The notes: generated by a model not told the origin, from the letters alone. A stretch of 64,000 nucleotides of DNA from Hungateiclostridiaceae bacterium UBA1305 (GCA_002307275.1 DBTX01000078.1:42-64041), one strand, 5' to 3'. Positions 35,758 to 45,684 are shown, counted from the first letter of the stretch. Made by a program: numbers and translations.

Positions 35758-38748
35758 TTATTCAAAGGTAATGACTATATCATGAATGCCGTTAATTCCC
35801 ATATAAAATGGATTTTCCTTCAAATCGTCGGACTCTGTTTCCAGCTGCCGGTCATTCTCCTCACCTGACACTGTTACAATTAACCTTTCCACACTTCCGT
35901 CAATATCAAGTGATTTAATAAAGGAATAAAGCCGGGACTTGTTCGGAAGCTCGCCTATATTCCAGCCGCAATTGTTGAAATTACCCTTCAGCGGATCAAT
36001 AAATCCGTTTATTTTTTCTTTAAATATCCGCTGTATTTCATAAATGTTTTCTACTTCCTTCACCTTGAACCACAGCTTGACAGAAAGCTTTAAAAAAACA
36101 GGCTCTATCACGGTTAATCCTCCGTTGGCAATGGTGCAGCCGGCTCTTTGGCATAGAAAATTCGAAATATTGTCTCTCTGAGCCAGAAACAGGTCCCGGC
36201 CCTTGTTATATTCGTCCAGCAGCACAGCTACCGTAACCCTTCCGGGTACAAATCCGCCCTCCCTGCTGATATTGGAAACGCATTTCACCTTGGCTATGTT
36301 TCTTGACGCTTCCATGGCCAGTGCTTCAAAATCCTCTTCCGTTACTGCCCGTATATTATGCTTGAGCATATTTGCACCACGCTGCACCGCTGTATCAATA
36401 TCCTCACAATTGCTTCCCCCGTGAGTCGCCGCAGGATTATACACCCTGCTTACAAATCTCATGGCATCAGCCAGACGGTCAATACCGCCCGCTTCAAGGT
36501 TTCCTTCCTTTCCTCCGCCGATGCTGTACAGTACTCGTATCGCCTCATCCTCACATTTTGGCGGTATCTTCCCCTTTTTTCCGTCACCGAAAATGATCTC
36601 GCCTGAAATTCTATTTACAATATAATGCCTGTCCTCCGGCCCCGAAGTAATAAAGCTATCAACCTCATGCCACAATATCCAGATCCCGTTGACATTCCCC
36701 CGGGTATCCTTCTTTGCTTCCACCTGGTTTTTTTGTACCGCTTCGGCGTATTCCTCCGAGGAGGTGTTTAAATCCATTCCCTGCTCATTTACCATGACCT
36801 TCAGTTCAAGAATATTTTCTCTTGACAGGTGTATCAAAAGCCCTGCTTTTTTTTCCTCTACGAAAAAGACTTCTTCCTCCACTGTTTCCTCATTAAGGAC
36901 TTCAACAGAGTTGATATATATGCCCTTCACCACCGGAAACCGGTTCAGGCTCCGGTATTCATTCCCCACGTCAATGATTCGCAGCCAGTAGCGGTTTATT
37001 CCGTATAATTCAACTGCCGCAAGGTCTTCAGGGATAATCAGGGTCACAATGCCCGGATCGGCAAAATGATTCGTCTTATCCGACAGCTTGAACTCTTTCC
37101 ATTTACCGCCCGCAGAATAATACTCCCACTCCAGTACAGGCATATTGCTTTTTTTACCGTCAATATTAAAATATATGCTGATGGGAGAGCCCTCCGGATA
37201 GCGGTCAAAGCCGATATACAGGCTGTTATTCCTTGCGGTGCCCGCTTTAAACAGCACCGCGCCGCTTGCATTTGCAACAGCGCCTGTAATATCTTCCGCG
37301 GCCGTATTATTGGAAGCAATGACCTTTTCCGGAGGAAGGCCCCTGCCCTCATAAGAATATTCCAGCTTTAAATTCTTGATTTCAGGAGCATATTGGCGGC
37401 AGTTTGCCATAAAAATGTTCTTTGAGGCCACCAGCCTCATTCTGATCCAATAAGTCTCAAAAGCATTCACGAGAATCGGCTGCATGTTTTCCGGGCAACG
37501 AAATGAAAGCTTGATTTCTCCGGCTCTGCCGTTATCAAATACTGTTTCCGCCTCTCCGTCAATATTCAGTCTGGCCCATCCCAGTCCGTTCCAGTATTCC
37601 CAGACCACCCGGTCGCACACTACCGGAACCTTCTCAGGCACATAACCGTCCGACGGCCTTTTTATGATAATTTTCCATTCAACCTGCAATGGCGGTATGA
37701 TCTGCTCTTTTTCCAATTCGGCATAGGAAAGGGTGAAGGACAGCGTAATTTTGGAGTTGGCCTTTGAAAGAGCTTCCCTGCAGGCAATATAGCATTCCCT
37801 GTAAAGCGCAAGCTCCTCGCCGAAGGGAAAAAATCTGTTTTGCTCCTGCTCGGTATCATCGGCATATACCACCTCGGGTGCAATGTCCCCCCTGTCTGCC
37901 TTTATTTTCAGGCTTTTAAACCCTACCGGTCCGAGTTCCTTTAAATTTGTGGACTCACAGCCTATCCAGCAGCTTTCCGTTCCTTCATATTCCTCTTTTT
38001 CGATTGATGCTTCTTCTCCCCCAAGTACAATGAAATCATCCTCTACTTCCACTTTTCCGAATTGTTTCCACTCCCCTGCGTTGTAAAAAAGCCATCTGAC
38101 GTTTTTACTGTTTGAAATGCGTTCCAGAAACATGGCTTTCCGGCTGTTATCCTCAAGCTCGAAGGAAAGCCTTATCAAGGCGTTTCCACAGGTATTCAGC
38201 ACATATTTGTGACATAGGGCAAAAAAATGCTTTTGAAGATTCTCTCCGGTATTTCCATTGAAAAGACTCATTCTTTTTGTCCTGATATCCTCTTTCCCAT
38301 CGTATATCAGCGCAATTTTATCGTCGGAGGGATAGTCGCAGACAATACTGGAGATACTTGCGGGTGTGATGAACAAACCGCGCTGTGTTTCAAAAACAAG
38401 GCTTTCACCGGTAGTCCCGGAGCTGGCAATTAATTTTGTCCTGGCCGGAACATGCACACCCGTTATAAAATCGGCAGACTGCTCGAAGCATACCACGCCT
38501 TTAGCGGGTACAGACGGCTTGACACTGATATCAAGATTATTTAAAAAAGCAATATGATGCTTGTAAAATAAATGATTATACCTTTTTATTGTACCCTCAA
38601 ACATATCCGCAAAAATCAAGGCGATAACCGACCCAATATCCGGATTTTCCTCGGTAAAGCGCCACTCGGGCACATAACTGCGGGCAAGCATGGAAATATT
38701 GCCGATAATATCCCGCTTACTTTCGTGAATAATTTCTGGTATGTTCAA
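35758..38748 (-). CDS. Large baseplate J-like / putative baseplate assembly protein (second, 996-aa paralogue class)
   Basis: The N-terminal KRDIIGNISMLARSYVPEWRFTEENPDIGSVIALIFADMFEGTIKRYN is a baseplate-assembly-type N-terminus. The C-terminal third has a Baseplate_J-like pattern (ITEEDFEALAMEASRNIAKVKCV). It starts at TTG with an AGGGGTGAA RBS. Confidence 0.65.
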   Translation of the reverse strand: MNIPEIIHESKRDIIGNISMLARSYVPEWRFTEENPDIGSVIALIFADMFEGTIKRYNHLFYKHHIAFLNNLDISVKPSVPAKGVVCFEQSADFITGVHVPARTKLIASSGTTGESLVFETQRGLFITPASISSIVCDYPSDDKIALIYDGKEDIRTKRMSLFNGNTGENLQKHFFALCHKYVLNTCGNALIRLSFELEDNSRKAMFLERISNSKNVRWLFYNAGEWKQFGKVEVEDDFIVLGGEEASIEKEEYEGTESCWIGCESTNLKELGPVGFKSLKIKADRGDIAPEVVYADDTEQEQNRFFPFGEELALYRECYIACREALSKANSKITLSFTLSYAELEKEQIIPPLQVEWKIIIKRPSDGYVPEKVPVVCDRVVWEYWNGLGWARLNIDGEAETVFDNGRAGEIKLSFRCPENMQPILVNAFETYWIRMRLVASKNIFMANCRQYAPEIKNLKLEYSYEGRGLPPEKVIASNNTAAEDITGAVANASGAVLFKAGTARNNSLYIGFDRYPEGSPISIYFNIDGKKSNMPVLEWEYYSAGGKWKEFKLSDKTNHFADPGIVTLIIPEDLAAVELYGINRYWLRIIDVGNEYRSLNRFPVVKGIYINSVEVLNEETVEEEVFFVEEKKAGLLIHLSRENILELKVMVNEQGMDLNTSSEEYAEAVQKNQVEAKKDTRGNVNGIWILWHEVDSFITSGPEDRHYIVNRISGEIIFGDGKKGKIPPKCEDEAIRVLYSIGGGKEGNLEAGGIDRLADAMRFVSRVYNPAATHGGSNCEDIDTAVQRGANMLKHNIRAVTEEDFEALAMEASRNIAKVKCVSNISREGGFVPGRVTVAVLLDEYNKGRDLFLAQRDNISNFLCQRAGCTIANGGLTVIEPVFLKLSVKLWFKVKEVENIYEIQRIFKEKINGFIDPLKGNFNNCGWNIGELPNKSRLYSFIKSLDIDGSVERLIVTVSGEENDRQLETESDDLKENPFYMGINGIHDIVITFE

Positions 38749-38763
38749 CGCTATTCACCCCTA

Positions 38764-39174
38764 TTATTCTCCTATTCCTTCATTAACATAAAAAGGATAT
38801 ACCAAATTGAACGGATTGTTTGTAGCTCTTGCCGTATATTTGATGTTAATGTTGAGCTTGTTTGTATCCCGCCCGTCCTCCTCAATCTCCACTTCAACAT
38901 TCATAATCCTCGGCTCCCACCGGATCAAAGCGTCCATGACCTCCTGCTTCAGAAGATTGAGCGTTGTAAAATCCTTTTGTGAAAAAACATATTCCTGGAT
39001 ATTGGAGCCAAATTCAGGCATCATTATTCTCTCATGATATTTTGTCATGAGAATAATATAGATCGCTTCCCGGATGTCCTCCTCATATTCTGCAGTTTTA
39101 AACCGCCCGGTGCTGCTGTCTATTTCCGGCGGAAATTTCCAGCCTCTTCCTAAGAAATCATTTGTGTTTGCCAT
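38764..39174 (-). CDS. GPW/gp25-family baseplate wedge protein (Afp9/Pvc9-like)
   Basis: FLGRGWKFPPEID...EDIREAIYIILMTKYHERIMMPEFGSNIQEYVF is the canonical gp25/GPW block. 136 aa. Confidence 0.85.
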   Translation of the reverse strand: MANTNDFLGRGWKFPPEIDSSTGRFKTAEYEEDIREAIYIILMTKYHERIMMPEFGSNIQEYVFSQKDFTTLNLLKQEVMDALIRWEPRIMNVEVEIEEDGRDTNKLNINIKYTARATNNPFNLVYPFYVNEGIGE

Positions 39175-39213
39175 GATAAAAGCCCTCCTCCCTGCGCCAA
39201 CGCTGCTGCAGTT

Positions 39214-40008
39214 TTAGTTGATCTTCACGACCGCGCCCTTAAGGTTTGCTACGCCATCCGAGTTGAGGTTCAATGTCCCCGAGGCTTTGACACTCACCAT
39301 TGCGGCCTCCAGGTTCAGTGACTGTGCAGCTTTCAGCTTCATTGAGCCGGAGCTTTCTATCTTAATGTTTCCGCCTTTTACCGTTATGTTATTGGAATCC
39401 CCTTCAATACTGATTTTTGAAGAATTACTTGCAATCATCAGCTTCTTCTCGCCGCTAATGCTCACCTTTCCGTTTTCCGCATCAATCACAACACAATTCT
39501 TTTTATCCTTGTCCGTCACCTGAAGAAGGTTCTTCTGGTCGTCCAAGCGGATATTCAACCCCTTGGGCGTTTTTACGTCAACATACTGCTTGTCCTCTTC
39601 TTCATAAAAGGTTACTTCATTCCCGCCCCGGGTCTTGAATCTTTTGATATTGTTATCTTCGTTGAAAGCTTTTTTTTGAAATTTATCTCCTGCTTTAAAA
39701 ATGCTCCCTATTACATAAGGCTTGTTGATATTTCCCTGATCGAATATTACAAGCACTTCATCTCCAACTTCAGGCAGGGCATATATTCCCCACTGGCTGC
39801 CTCCGTACATGGTGGCAACTCTCATCCAGTCCGATATATTCCTTTTTGCATCTCTTACCAGAAGCTCCACCTTCACCATACCCGGCAGGTCCTTGTTGTT
39901 GTTTTCCACTACGACGCCAACCATGACGCCATATATTACAGGCTCACCGGCTTCATTCCTGGAATCTTTCTGAATAAGTGCAGGATCCAGCAAATCATAA
40001 ATTCCCAT
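39214..40008 (-). CDS. gpV/gp5-OB-fold spike protein with C-terminal beta-helix (VgrG-like; Afp8 C-terminal equivalent)
   Basis: GVMVGVVVENNNKDLPGMVKVELL...SDWMRVATMYGGSQWGIYALPEVGDEVLVIFDQGNINKPYVIGS is the Phage_base_V/Gp5 OB-fold block. The C-terminal repetitive (I/V)xxGxxx(I/V) strands suggest a spike helix. It has a TAATG overlap with the upstream gene. Confidence 0.8.
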   Translation of the reverse strand: MGIYDLLDPALIQKDSRNEAGEPVIYGVMVGVVVENNNKDLPGMVKVELLVRDAKRNISDWMRVATMYGGSQWGIYALPEVGDEVLVIFDQGNINKPYVIGSIFKAGDKFQKKAFNEDNNIKRFKTRGGNEVTFYEEEDKQYVDVKTPKGLNIRLDDQKNLLQVTDKDKKNCVVIDAENGKVSISGEKKLMIASNSSKISIEGDSNNITVKGGNIKIESSGSMKLKAAQSLNLEAAMVSVKASGTLNLNSDGVANLKGAVVKIN

Positions 40009-41114
40009 TAAACTCCCAACCTCGCTTCAATCATTGTTGAAAAAAATGATTCGCCAATACTATGATTGACTCTCACAATATAGTAATTTCCATCCAGCCC
40101 GTCACCAAGCTTTTTGACCTTGACAAACCTGCCGGGCACTATTTCAGGAAGGCCTATACACTCAATATTAGCTGTGGCATAACTCCCGTTCAGTTTTTTC
40201 AAAAGCTCCTCCGCCCTGGATCCGGCTTCCTGTTCAGAACCTACCGATGAGTCAATCACGACCTTTTTCAGCTTTTGCAGCGCTTTTTTTGCCGAAGCGC
40301 CCTTGCTCATTTGTATGTCAGACTTTGCAATACCCGAAATCATCTTTCCTTTGTCCGCATCGCTGCTTCTTACCTCAAGCTCCAGTACCTGCCCTTCAAG
40401 GGAAGCTCTTCTTTCAAAGCTGAGCAGATTGTATCCCCATTCAAGCTCCAGCAGAGGAGTTTTCAAAGGCATCGGCTTACGGAAATAAACCTTTCCCTGG
40501 CAAACAAAAAATTCATAATTAATCCTGCCCGCAAGCCTCACAAGGAAATCAAAATCACTTTCCCCTGCTATTTCTATCTTTCTTTCCGGTGTTTCAACAG
40601 AATCCAGCTTCAAGCCATCGTAAAAATTTTTATAAGTCTGATTTTTCAATATATTTGAAACCACATCGCCAAGAGCTGTTTCCGTGCGCTGTCCGGTTGT
40701 CCGGCAGTTCATCATGATACCCTTTACATCGGTGCATTCAACCCTTATGGATGGAATATCATTGCCAACACGGAAAACAACCGCTGAAATGTAACCTTTA
40801 AACACATTAACCGTTTTTATATATCCAATATCAATGCTTATCTTTTTTCCCAGTTGAAAATACTTTTCCGTTATAGCCGGAGTAAAGGTTCTCTTTATAG
40901 GATCAAAGGCCCCAAGTATCTCAAATACACAGCCGCTCGCCTCATTCTCACAGGTAAGGTCAATCGCAAGCTCCTTCAGAACCAGCGTTCCCTCTGACAA
41001 TAAATCCTTGGAGTCAATGCTGATTTTATATGTCGGCACTTTAAAAGCACTGTATTTTGACGACAGCTTTTCAAAGGTGTATTTTTCATTTGTCATTAAA
41101 TTCTGACCGGCCAT
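40008..41114 (-). CDS. Phage late control gene D-like baseplate hub protein (gp27-like; Afp8 N-terminal equivalent)
   Basis: 368 aa. The N-terminal FKVPTYKISIDSKDLLSEGTLVLKELAIDL pattern, and its position between the LysM protein and the spike, are as in P2 gpD and CIS hubs. Confidence 0.65.
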   Translation of the reverse strand: MAGQNLMTNEKYTFEKLSSKYSAFKVPTYKISIDSKDLLSEGTLVLKELAIDLTCENEASGCVFEILGAFDPIKRTFTPAITEKYFQLGKKISIDIGYIKTVNVFKGYISAVVFRVGNDIPSIRVECTDVKGIMMNCRTTGQRTETALGDVVSNILKNQTYKNFYDGLKLDSVETPERKIEIAGESDFDFLVRLAGRINYEFFVCQGKVYFRKPMPLKTPLLELEWGYNLLSFERRASLEGQVLELEVRSSDADKGKMISGIAKSDIQMSKGASAKKALQKLKKVVIDSSVGSEQEAGSRAEELLKKLNGSYATANIECIGLPEIVPGRFVKVKKLGDGLDGNYYIVRVNHSIGESFFSTMIEARLGV

Positions 41115-41136
41115 TAAGTATCTCCCATCCCCTGCA

Positions 41137-41823
41137 TCATGTTATGGAGGGTACCTTGAGCACCATTCCATGGGCAATTTTCCTCGGATTCAGAATTCCA
41201 TTTTCTTTGGCAATCACCCTCCACAGGGCAGGATCGTCATATTCCTCGCCCGCCATATTCCACAACTGGTCCGTACCCTTTATGGAGCGCTGCTTCGTCC
41301 TGTCGGGAGAATGAAGAACATTTTTCCGTGCATTGGTTACCCCATGATCCGCTTCCATCAGGCTAAGGACCAATTTCGCCCTGACCGGCTTTCCGCTGGG
41401 CAAAAACATGGTATAGGTTTCATTGACAGACTTTATTACCGCCTTGAAGCTTAAAGACCCCCATGCAAATATGACTTCCGGAGGATGATGGGTTTCCGCT
41501 TCAATTCTCATCAGCTCGGTAATTTTTTTCGTATAATCCCTGACATCTTCTTTATCGCCTGAAATTGCGCTTTTTACAGTTTGCATCGGATCCGTCTGAA
41601 TATTTTTAAAGGGGCTCTGGGTATAGGTATCAAAATACAGTGTCATACTCAGGGTACTCGCGCCGCCATCTTTAAACTGAATAATTATGTTGTCCGTACC
41701 GGGAGCTATTTTGGAATTATATTTATTTACCGTGGAAATTACATATTCACTTGGATTGAAAAGTACCTTTATTTGCTCTTTAAAATTTTTACCATATTTT
41801 ATAACCGCTTTTTCCAGACCCAT
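41137..41823 (-). CDS. LysM-domain CIS tube-initiator protein (Afp7/Pvc7-like)
   Basis: The N-terminal EKAVIKYGKNFKEQIKVLFNPSEYVIST is a tube-like domain. The C-terminal GTDQLWNMAGEEYDDPALWRVIAKENGILNPRKIAHGMVLKVP is LysM. Confidence 0.8.
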   Translation of the reverse strand: MGLEKAVIKYGKNFKEQIKVLFNPSEYVISTVNKYNSKIAPGTDNIIIQFKDGGASTLSMTLYFDTYTQSPFKNIQTDPMQTVKSAISGDKEDVRDYTKKITELMRIEAETHHPPEVIFAWGSLSFKAVIKSVNETYTMFLPSGKPVRAKLVLSLMEADHGVTNARKNVLHSPDRTKQRSIKGTDQLWNMAGEEYDDPALWRVIAKENGILNPRKIAHGMVLKVPSIT

Positions 41824-41835
41824 AACATATACCTC

Positions 41836-44800
41836 CTATCGGAACAGCCCTCTTCGCTGTCTTTCAACCCTCAGTCTGTCTTCAAGCCTTTTGTATACCT
41901 GCTCTGCCAGTTTTGCAACATCGGGAATACTTCCCTGTACCTCGGATTTATTATAAATAATGGAATCTTCTATATTTTCGTTGATAACCTTAAATTTCGG
42001 ACTGCTCTCCTCAGCCTTACCGCCTGTTCCGGAGCTTACATCCCCGCTGCCGGTATGGCTTCCATCTTCAGCGCCGCTCCCGTTTCTTAAAACCAATTCG
42101 GACTGCAGCACTTCATCATATGCTTCATTATCAGCCGCGCCCGATGCATGAATACCGGATTCTTTCAAGAGCATTCCGCCATATTGCTCCGGCAATGGAA
42201 TTTTCTCTGTCCCCGGGATTCTTACTCCTGTTTTCTTCCATGCCCAGGTTATCAATTGCTTTATCCTCATTACTCCAAATGCATCGGAATATATGCCCCG
42301 GCTTCCCATGCCGCTCCGCTGCGGACCGCTTCCGCCCTCTTCCTTCTGTCGTGCTCTTTCTTCCCTGTATATCCGTTCCGTATCAGTAAAGTTCTCATCT
42401 GAATTCTTATATTTGTAAAATGATTTGTCCTCTGTCACACCGATTTTGTTGAATTTGCCGGATCTGTCCAAATATTTGCTTACCTGTTCATCAATCTCTC
42501 CGTCTGCATTCATGTCAATCTGCCCATTTATATGCTGTCCGTCCGCAAGCCTTCCGGTATGCCTGTTTCCCATGTCGGCACTTGCTTTGTACTCCGCTCT
42601 CCGTGCCGGACTCCTTGCACCCATGCCGGATTCTCTTAAAAGCATTTCGCCGTATTGCTGCAGAAATGGAATTTCCCCTGTTTCCAGGCTTTCCCTTCCC
42701 GTTTTCTTCCATATTCGGTCTATCCATTCATATACTTTCTTTAATCCAAACACACCGGCTTTCATGCCGATTCCGATAAAGCCTCCATCTGCCGCGAAGC
42801 TGTTCCTGTGATTCATGACTGTTCCCGTTCCGGAACCGTCTGGCAGTCCATCTAACTGCCTGTCTGCATATCCGTATGTTTGACCGTTTGTCTGCCTGTC
42901 CGTATGTCCGTATAACTGACCGTCCGTCTGGCTGCTTGTCTGCCTGTCTATATATCTGTATGCCTGACCATTTGTCTGGCTGCTTGTCTGCCTGTCCGTA
43001 TTTCCGTACAACTGACCATTTGTCTGGCTGCTTGTCTGCCTGTCTATATATCTGTATGCCTGACCATTTGTCTGGCTGCTTGTCTGCCTGTCCGTATTTC
43101 CGTACAACTGACCATTTGTCTGGCTGCCAGTCTGCCTGTCCGTATGTCCGTATAACTGAACGTCTGCCTGACTGTCTGTACGTCCACCGGCCTGTCGCCT
43201 TCCGGTATCGGCACTTGCTCTGCGCTCCGCATTCCGGGCCATGCTCCATGCACCAATAGTAGATTCTTTTAAAAGTATTTCACCAAATTGCTGCGATAAT
43301 GGAATTCCCTCTGCTCCAGGGGTTTTTTCCCATGTTTTCCTCCATACCCGGTTTATCAATTCATTTACTTTCTTTATTCCAAATGCTCCGGCTTTCATTC
43401 CAATTCCGGCAAAGCCTTCCTCTGGCGCAAAACGGTTCCTATAATCCATGACCGCTCCCGTACCGGAACCGGTTGTCTGCCTGTCCGCATATCCGTATAG
43501 CTGAATGTCTGCCCGACTGCCTATACGTCCGTATACCTGAGTGTCTGTCCAGCTGTCTGCACGTCCGTATAACTGAACACCCGCCCGGCTGCCTGTACGT
43601 CCATCGGCCTGTCTCCCTCCGATGTCGGCATCTGCTCCATACGCTGCTCTCTGTGCCCTATCCCTTATGTCAATACCTGATTTTGTAAAAAGCACTTTAC
43701 GATATTGCTCCGGTAATAAAAACCTCTCCGTTTCCGGGATTTTTTCTCCTGTTTTCTTCCAGGCCCGGGTTATCCATTCCTTTACTTTGCTTAATCCAAA
43801 TACCCCGGCTTCCACTCCGATTCCGGCATATTCATTCTCTGCCGCGAAACGGTTCCTGTAATCCATGACCGCTCCCGTACCGGAACCGTCCGTCTGACCG
43901 GCTGCATATCCATATAACCGAACATCTGTCCGGCTGTCCGCACGCCCGTGCAGCTGAACGTCCGTCTGACCGGCTGCACGCCCGTTGGCCTGCCGTCGCT
44001 GAATATCCCCACTTGTTCTGTCCTCCGGCCTTTGTACCGGATCTCTTGCAGCACTGCCGGATTCTTTAAAAGGCACTTCATGATATTGCTTCGGCAATGA
44101 AAATCCCTTTGTTTCCGGGATTTTTCCTTTCGTTTTCTTCCATGCCCAGGTTATCAATTCCTTCACTTTGCTTAATCCAAATGTCCCGGCTTCCACTCCG
44201 ATTCCGGCGTATTCATTCTCTGCCGCAAAACGATTCCTATAATACATGACTGCTCCCGTACCGGAACCGTCTGTCTGCCTGTCCGCATATCCATATACCC
44301 GCACATCTGCCCGGCTGTCCGCGCGCCCGTGTAGCTGTACATCTGCCCGGGTTATCAATTCCTTTACTTTTTCTGCTCCAAATACCCCGGAATTTGTACT
44401 CTGGCTTCCCCTGCCGCTCCATTGAAGCCTCATGCCGCCTTCCGTCTTCCGACTTCCGCCTTCTTCCCTTCGCCCCCGGTATTCCTCTCTTCGCGTAAGA
44501 AGCTCGCGAATAAGCAACTCAACTCTGCTGGCGGTTTTTTTACTTTCCCTGTCTGAAAGTGTGTTTTCATCTTCCTGTGGATTTTTTCCGATAACCGGTA
44601 CCGTACCTTGTGATTTATTGAGCAGAATATCCGGCACTTCTCTTTTAAGGATGCTTTCGGGTGCTGCAAAGCTGTTCATCAGCTTCACTGCCTGTCCGCG
44701 ATTGAGTGAACCGGGCATAATAGCGCGCAGCAGAAGGTTGATATTTATAATAGTTTCATTATGCTCATTGTGAATATGCACGGCCCCGCGGCCTTTGCCA

Positions 44801-44964
44801 TATTCCGCCCTGTCCTGTGCAGGCTCCAGAAAGTCAAGCTCCGCCGCCCGGCTATGAAAATCTTCACTGGAAAATCCATAGAAAGAAAATATTTTTGCAT
44901 CAAAGGTTCGGTCAAGCATTCCGATATTTCTTTTTATGCTTCTTATGTCCAGTATTGAAATCAT
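41836..44964 (-). CDS. Tape-measure-like protein (Afp14/Pvc14 position), 1042 aa, built largely from nested internal repeats
   Basis: It lies between the second tube gene and the LysM gene. The conserved-looking C-terminus is DVAKLAEQVYKRLEDRLRVERQRRGLF. About 5-6 copies of a ~130-aa module (GSGTGAVM(D/Y)YRNRFAAENEYAGIGVEAG.FGLSKVKE.IT.AWKKT...) are present. A 16-aa micro-repeat (YGNTDRQTSSQTNGQA) is also present. Confidence 0.65.
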   Translation of the reverse strand: MISILDIRSIKRNIGMLDRTFDAKIFSFYGFSSEDFHSRAAELDFLEPAQDRAEYGKGRGAVHIHNEHNETIININLLLRAIMPGSLNRGQAVKLMNSFAAPESILKREVPDILLNKSQGTVPVIGKNPQEDENTLSDRESKKTASRVELLIRELLTRREEYRGRREEGGSRKTEGGMRLQWSGRGSQSTNSGVFGAEKVKELITRADVQLHGRADSRADVRVYGYADRQTDGSGTGAVMYYRNRFAAENEYAGIGVEAGTFGLSKVKELITWAWKKTKGKIPETKGFSLPKQYHEVPFKESGSAARDPVQRPEDRTSGDIQRRQANGRAAGQTDVQLHGRADSRTDVRLYGYAAGQTDGSGTGAVMDYRNRFAAENEYAGIGVEAGVFGLSKVKEWITRAWKKTGEKIPETERFLLPEQYRKVLFTKSGIDIRDRAQRAAYGADADIGGRQADGRTGSRAGVQLYGRADSWTDTQVYGRIGSRADIQLYGYADRQTTGSGTGAVMDYRNRFAPEEGFAGIGMKAGAFGIKKVNELINRVWRKTWEKTPGAEGIPLSQQFGEILLKESTIGAWSMARNAERRASADTGRRQAGGRTDSQADVQLYGHTDRQTGSQTNGQLYGNTDRQTSSQTNGQAYRYIDRQTSSQTNGQLYGNTDRQTSSQTNGQAYRYIDRQTSSQTDGQLYGHTDRQTNGQTYGYADRQLDGLPDGSGTGTVMNHRNSFAADGGFIGIGMKAGVFGLKKVYEWIDRIWKKTGRESLETGEIPFLQQYGEMLLRESGMGARSPARRAEYKASADMGNRHTGRLADGQHINGQIDMNADGEIDEQVSKYLDRSGKFNKIGVTEDKSFYKYKNSDENFTDTERIYREERARQKEEGGSGPQRSGMGSRGIYSDAFGVMRIKQLITWAWKKTGVRIPGTEKIPLPEQYGGMLLKESGIHASGAADNEAYDEVLQSELVLRNGSGAEDGSHTGSGDVSSGTGGKAEESSPKFKVINENIEDSIIYNKSEVQGSIPDVAKLAEQVYKRLEDRLRVERQRRGLFR
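42860..43200 (-). repeat. 48-nt in-frame tandem repeat array; core is a 96-nt unit present twice with no mismatch
   Basis: 42928-43023 and 43024-43119 are identical by my reading (CTGGCTGCTTGTCTGCCTGTCTATATATCTGTATGCCTGACCATTTGT + CTGGCTGCTTGTCTGCCTGTCCGTATTTCCGTACAACTGACCATTTGT). Degenerate copies flank both sides. Confidence 0.9.
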
Positions 44965-44975
44965 TTTTTACACCT

Positions 44976-45425
44976 TTAAAAAAAAATACCCATCAGGGCT
45001 CCAATCTTATCCACAGATATCCCTGAATGGGCCACTTCAAGGCTTTCTATAAGAACCTTGTTTCCCAGCGCGTCAAGATCGCCTATTTCCCATTTAAGCA
45101 GTACAATCGGTTCTCCGAAGGAATAGCTCGACACGGTTTCACCCTTTGCATCCCTGACATTGATCGTTCCTGAAAAAGGAAGTATTTTCCCTACCAGAAG
45201 CGGCGTAAGCATGGATAACATGGATGATTCGCACAGTCCGTGTTCAAAAACCAGCTTGTGCGGCGTAGTATACTGCTTCTGCAGAACATGGACATAGTCA
45301 TTGACGCCGCCTTCCTTTAATACGTCAACCTCTATATCCCTTGATATGTTTTTTATTTTGGAAAAGCTCATCATAATCGGCCCTATTGACACCGAAAACC
45401 GGTTCCCAACCACAGGTCTTGCCAT
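44976..45425 (-). CDS. Second tube-family protein (T4 gp19-like; Afp5/Pvc5-like)
   Basis: MARPVVGNRFSVSIGPIMMSFSKIKNISRDIEVDVLKEGG... follows the same fold pattern as the 141-aa tube protein. AAGGGAGAG RBS is present. Confidence 0.7.
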   Translation of the reverse strand: MARPVVGNRFSVSIGPIMMSFSKIKNISRDIEVDVLKEGGVNDYVHVLQKQYTTPHKLVFEHGLCESSMLSMLTPLLVGKILPFSGTINVRDAKGETVSSYSFGEPIVLLKWEIGDLDALGNKVLIESLEVAHSGISVDKIGALMGIFF

Positions 45426-45489
45426 TAATAAGCACTCTCCCTTTGCTTTTTATTCCGGTGATAATGCCGGCAAAGCATAAAAGCTTTTG

Positions 45490-45684
45490 TCAAAAACCCT
45501 CAAAGACATTCTTTGGAGCATTATTGAGCTTTTTATTAATAGAAGATATTTCACCGCACCACCTTTTTCTTTCTCTGTGAGGCATATTCATTACCTCATT
45601 GTTACTCCAGTGGAAATAGTAGGCGATAAAAGCTATTTCCTTATATAGCTGCTCTTCAGGATATACCTTTATGCCTGATCCGTA
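45490..45684 (-). CDS. Start-less 64-codon ORF in the -1 frame (YGSGIKVYPEEQLYKEIAFIAYYFHWSNNEVMNMPHRERKRWCGEISSINKKLNNAPKNVFEGF); predicted C-terminal extension made by -1 frameshifting from the upstream gene
   Basis: Translated by hand; it is not in the ORF track. No ATG/GTG/TTG precedes the conserved-looking YPEEQLY...HW...ER.RW segment. That segment resembles a small protein family I recall from CIS loci (DUF6760-like; number from memory). The frame is open from just upstream of the slippery site to the TGA at 45490-45492. Confidence 0.55.
   Translation of the reverse strand, partial: YGSGIKVYPEEQLYKEIAFIAYYFHWSNNEVMNMPHRERKRWCGEISSINKKLNNAPKNVFEGF

Noticed and set aside
42860-43200. Regularly spaced 48-nt repeats considered as a CRISPR-like array
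   Set aside because: There are no unique spacers. The units are contiguous and in-frame within a long ORF, encoding a 16-aa peptide repeat. No cas genes or leader are nearby.
41581-44958. Many plus-strand ORFs across the tape-measure gene (e.g. 42876..43259, 43473..43688)
   Set aside because: They are repeat-generated open frames antisense to the 1042-aa minus-strand ORF. They repeat with the same 48-nt period and lack starts with an SD.
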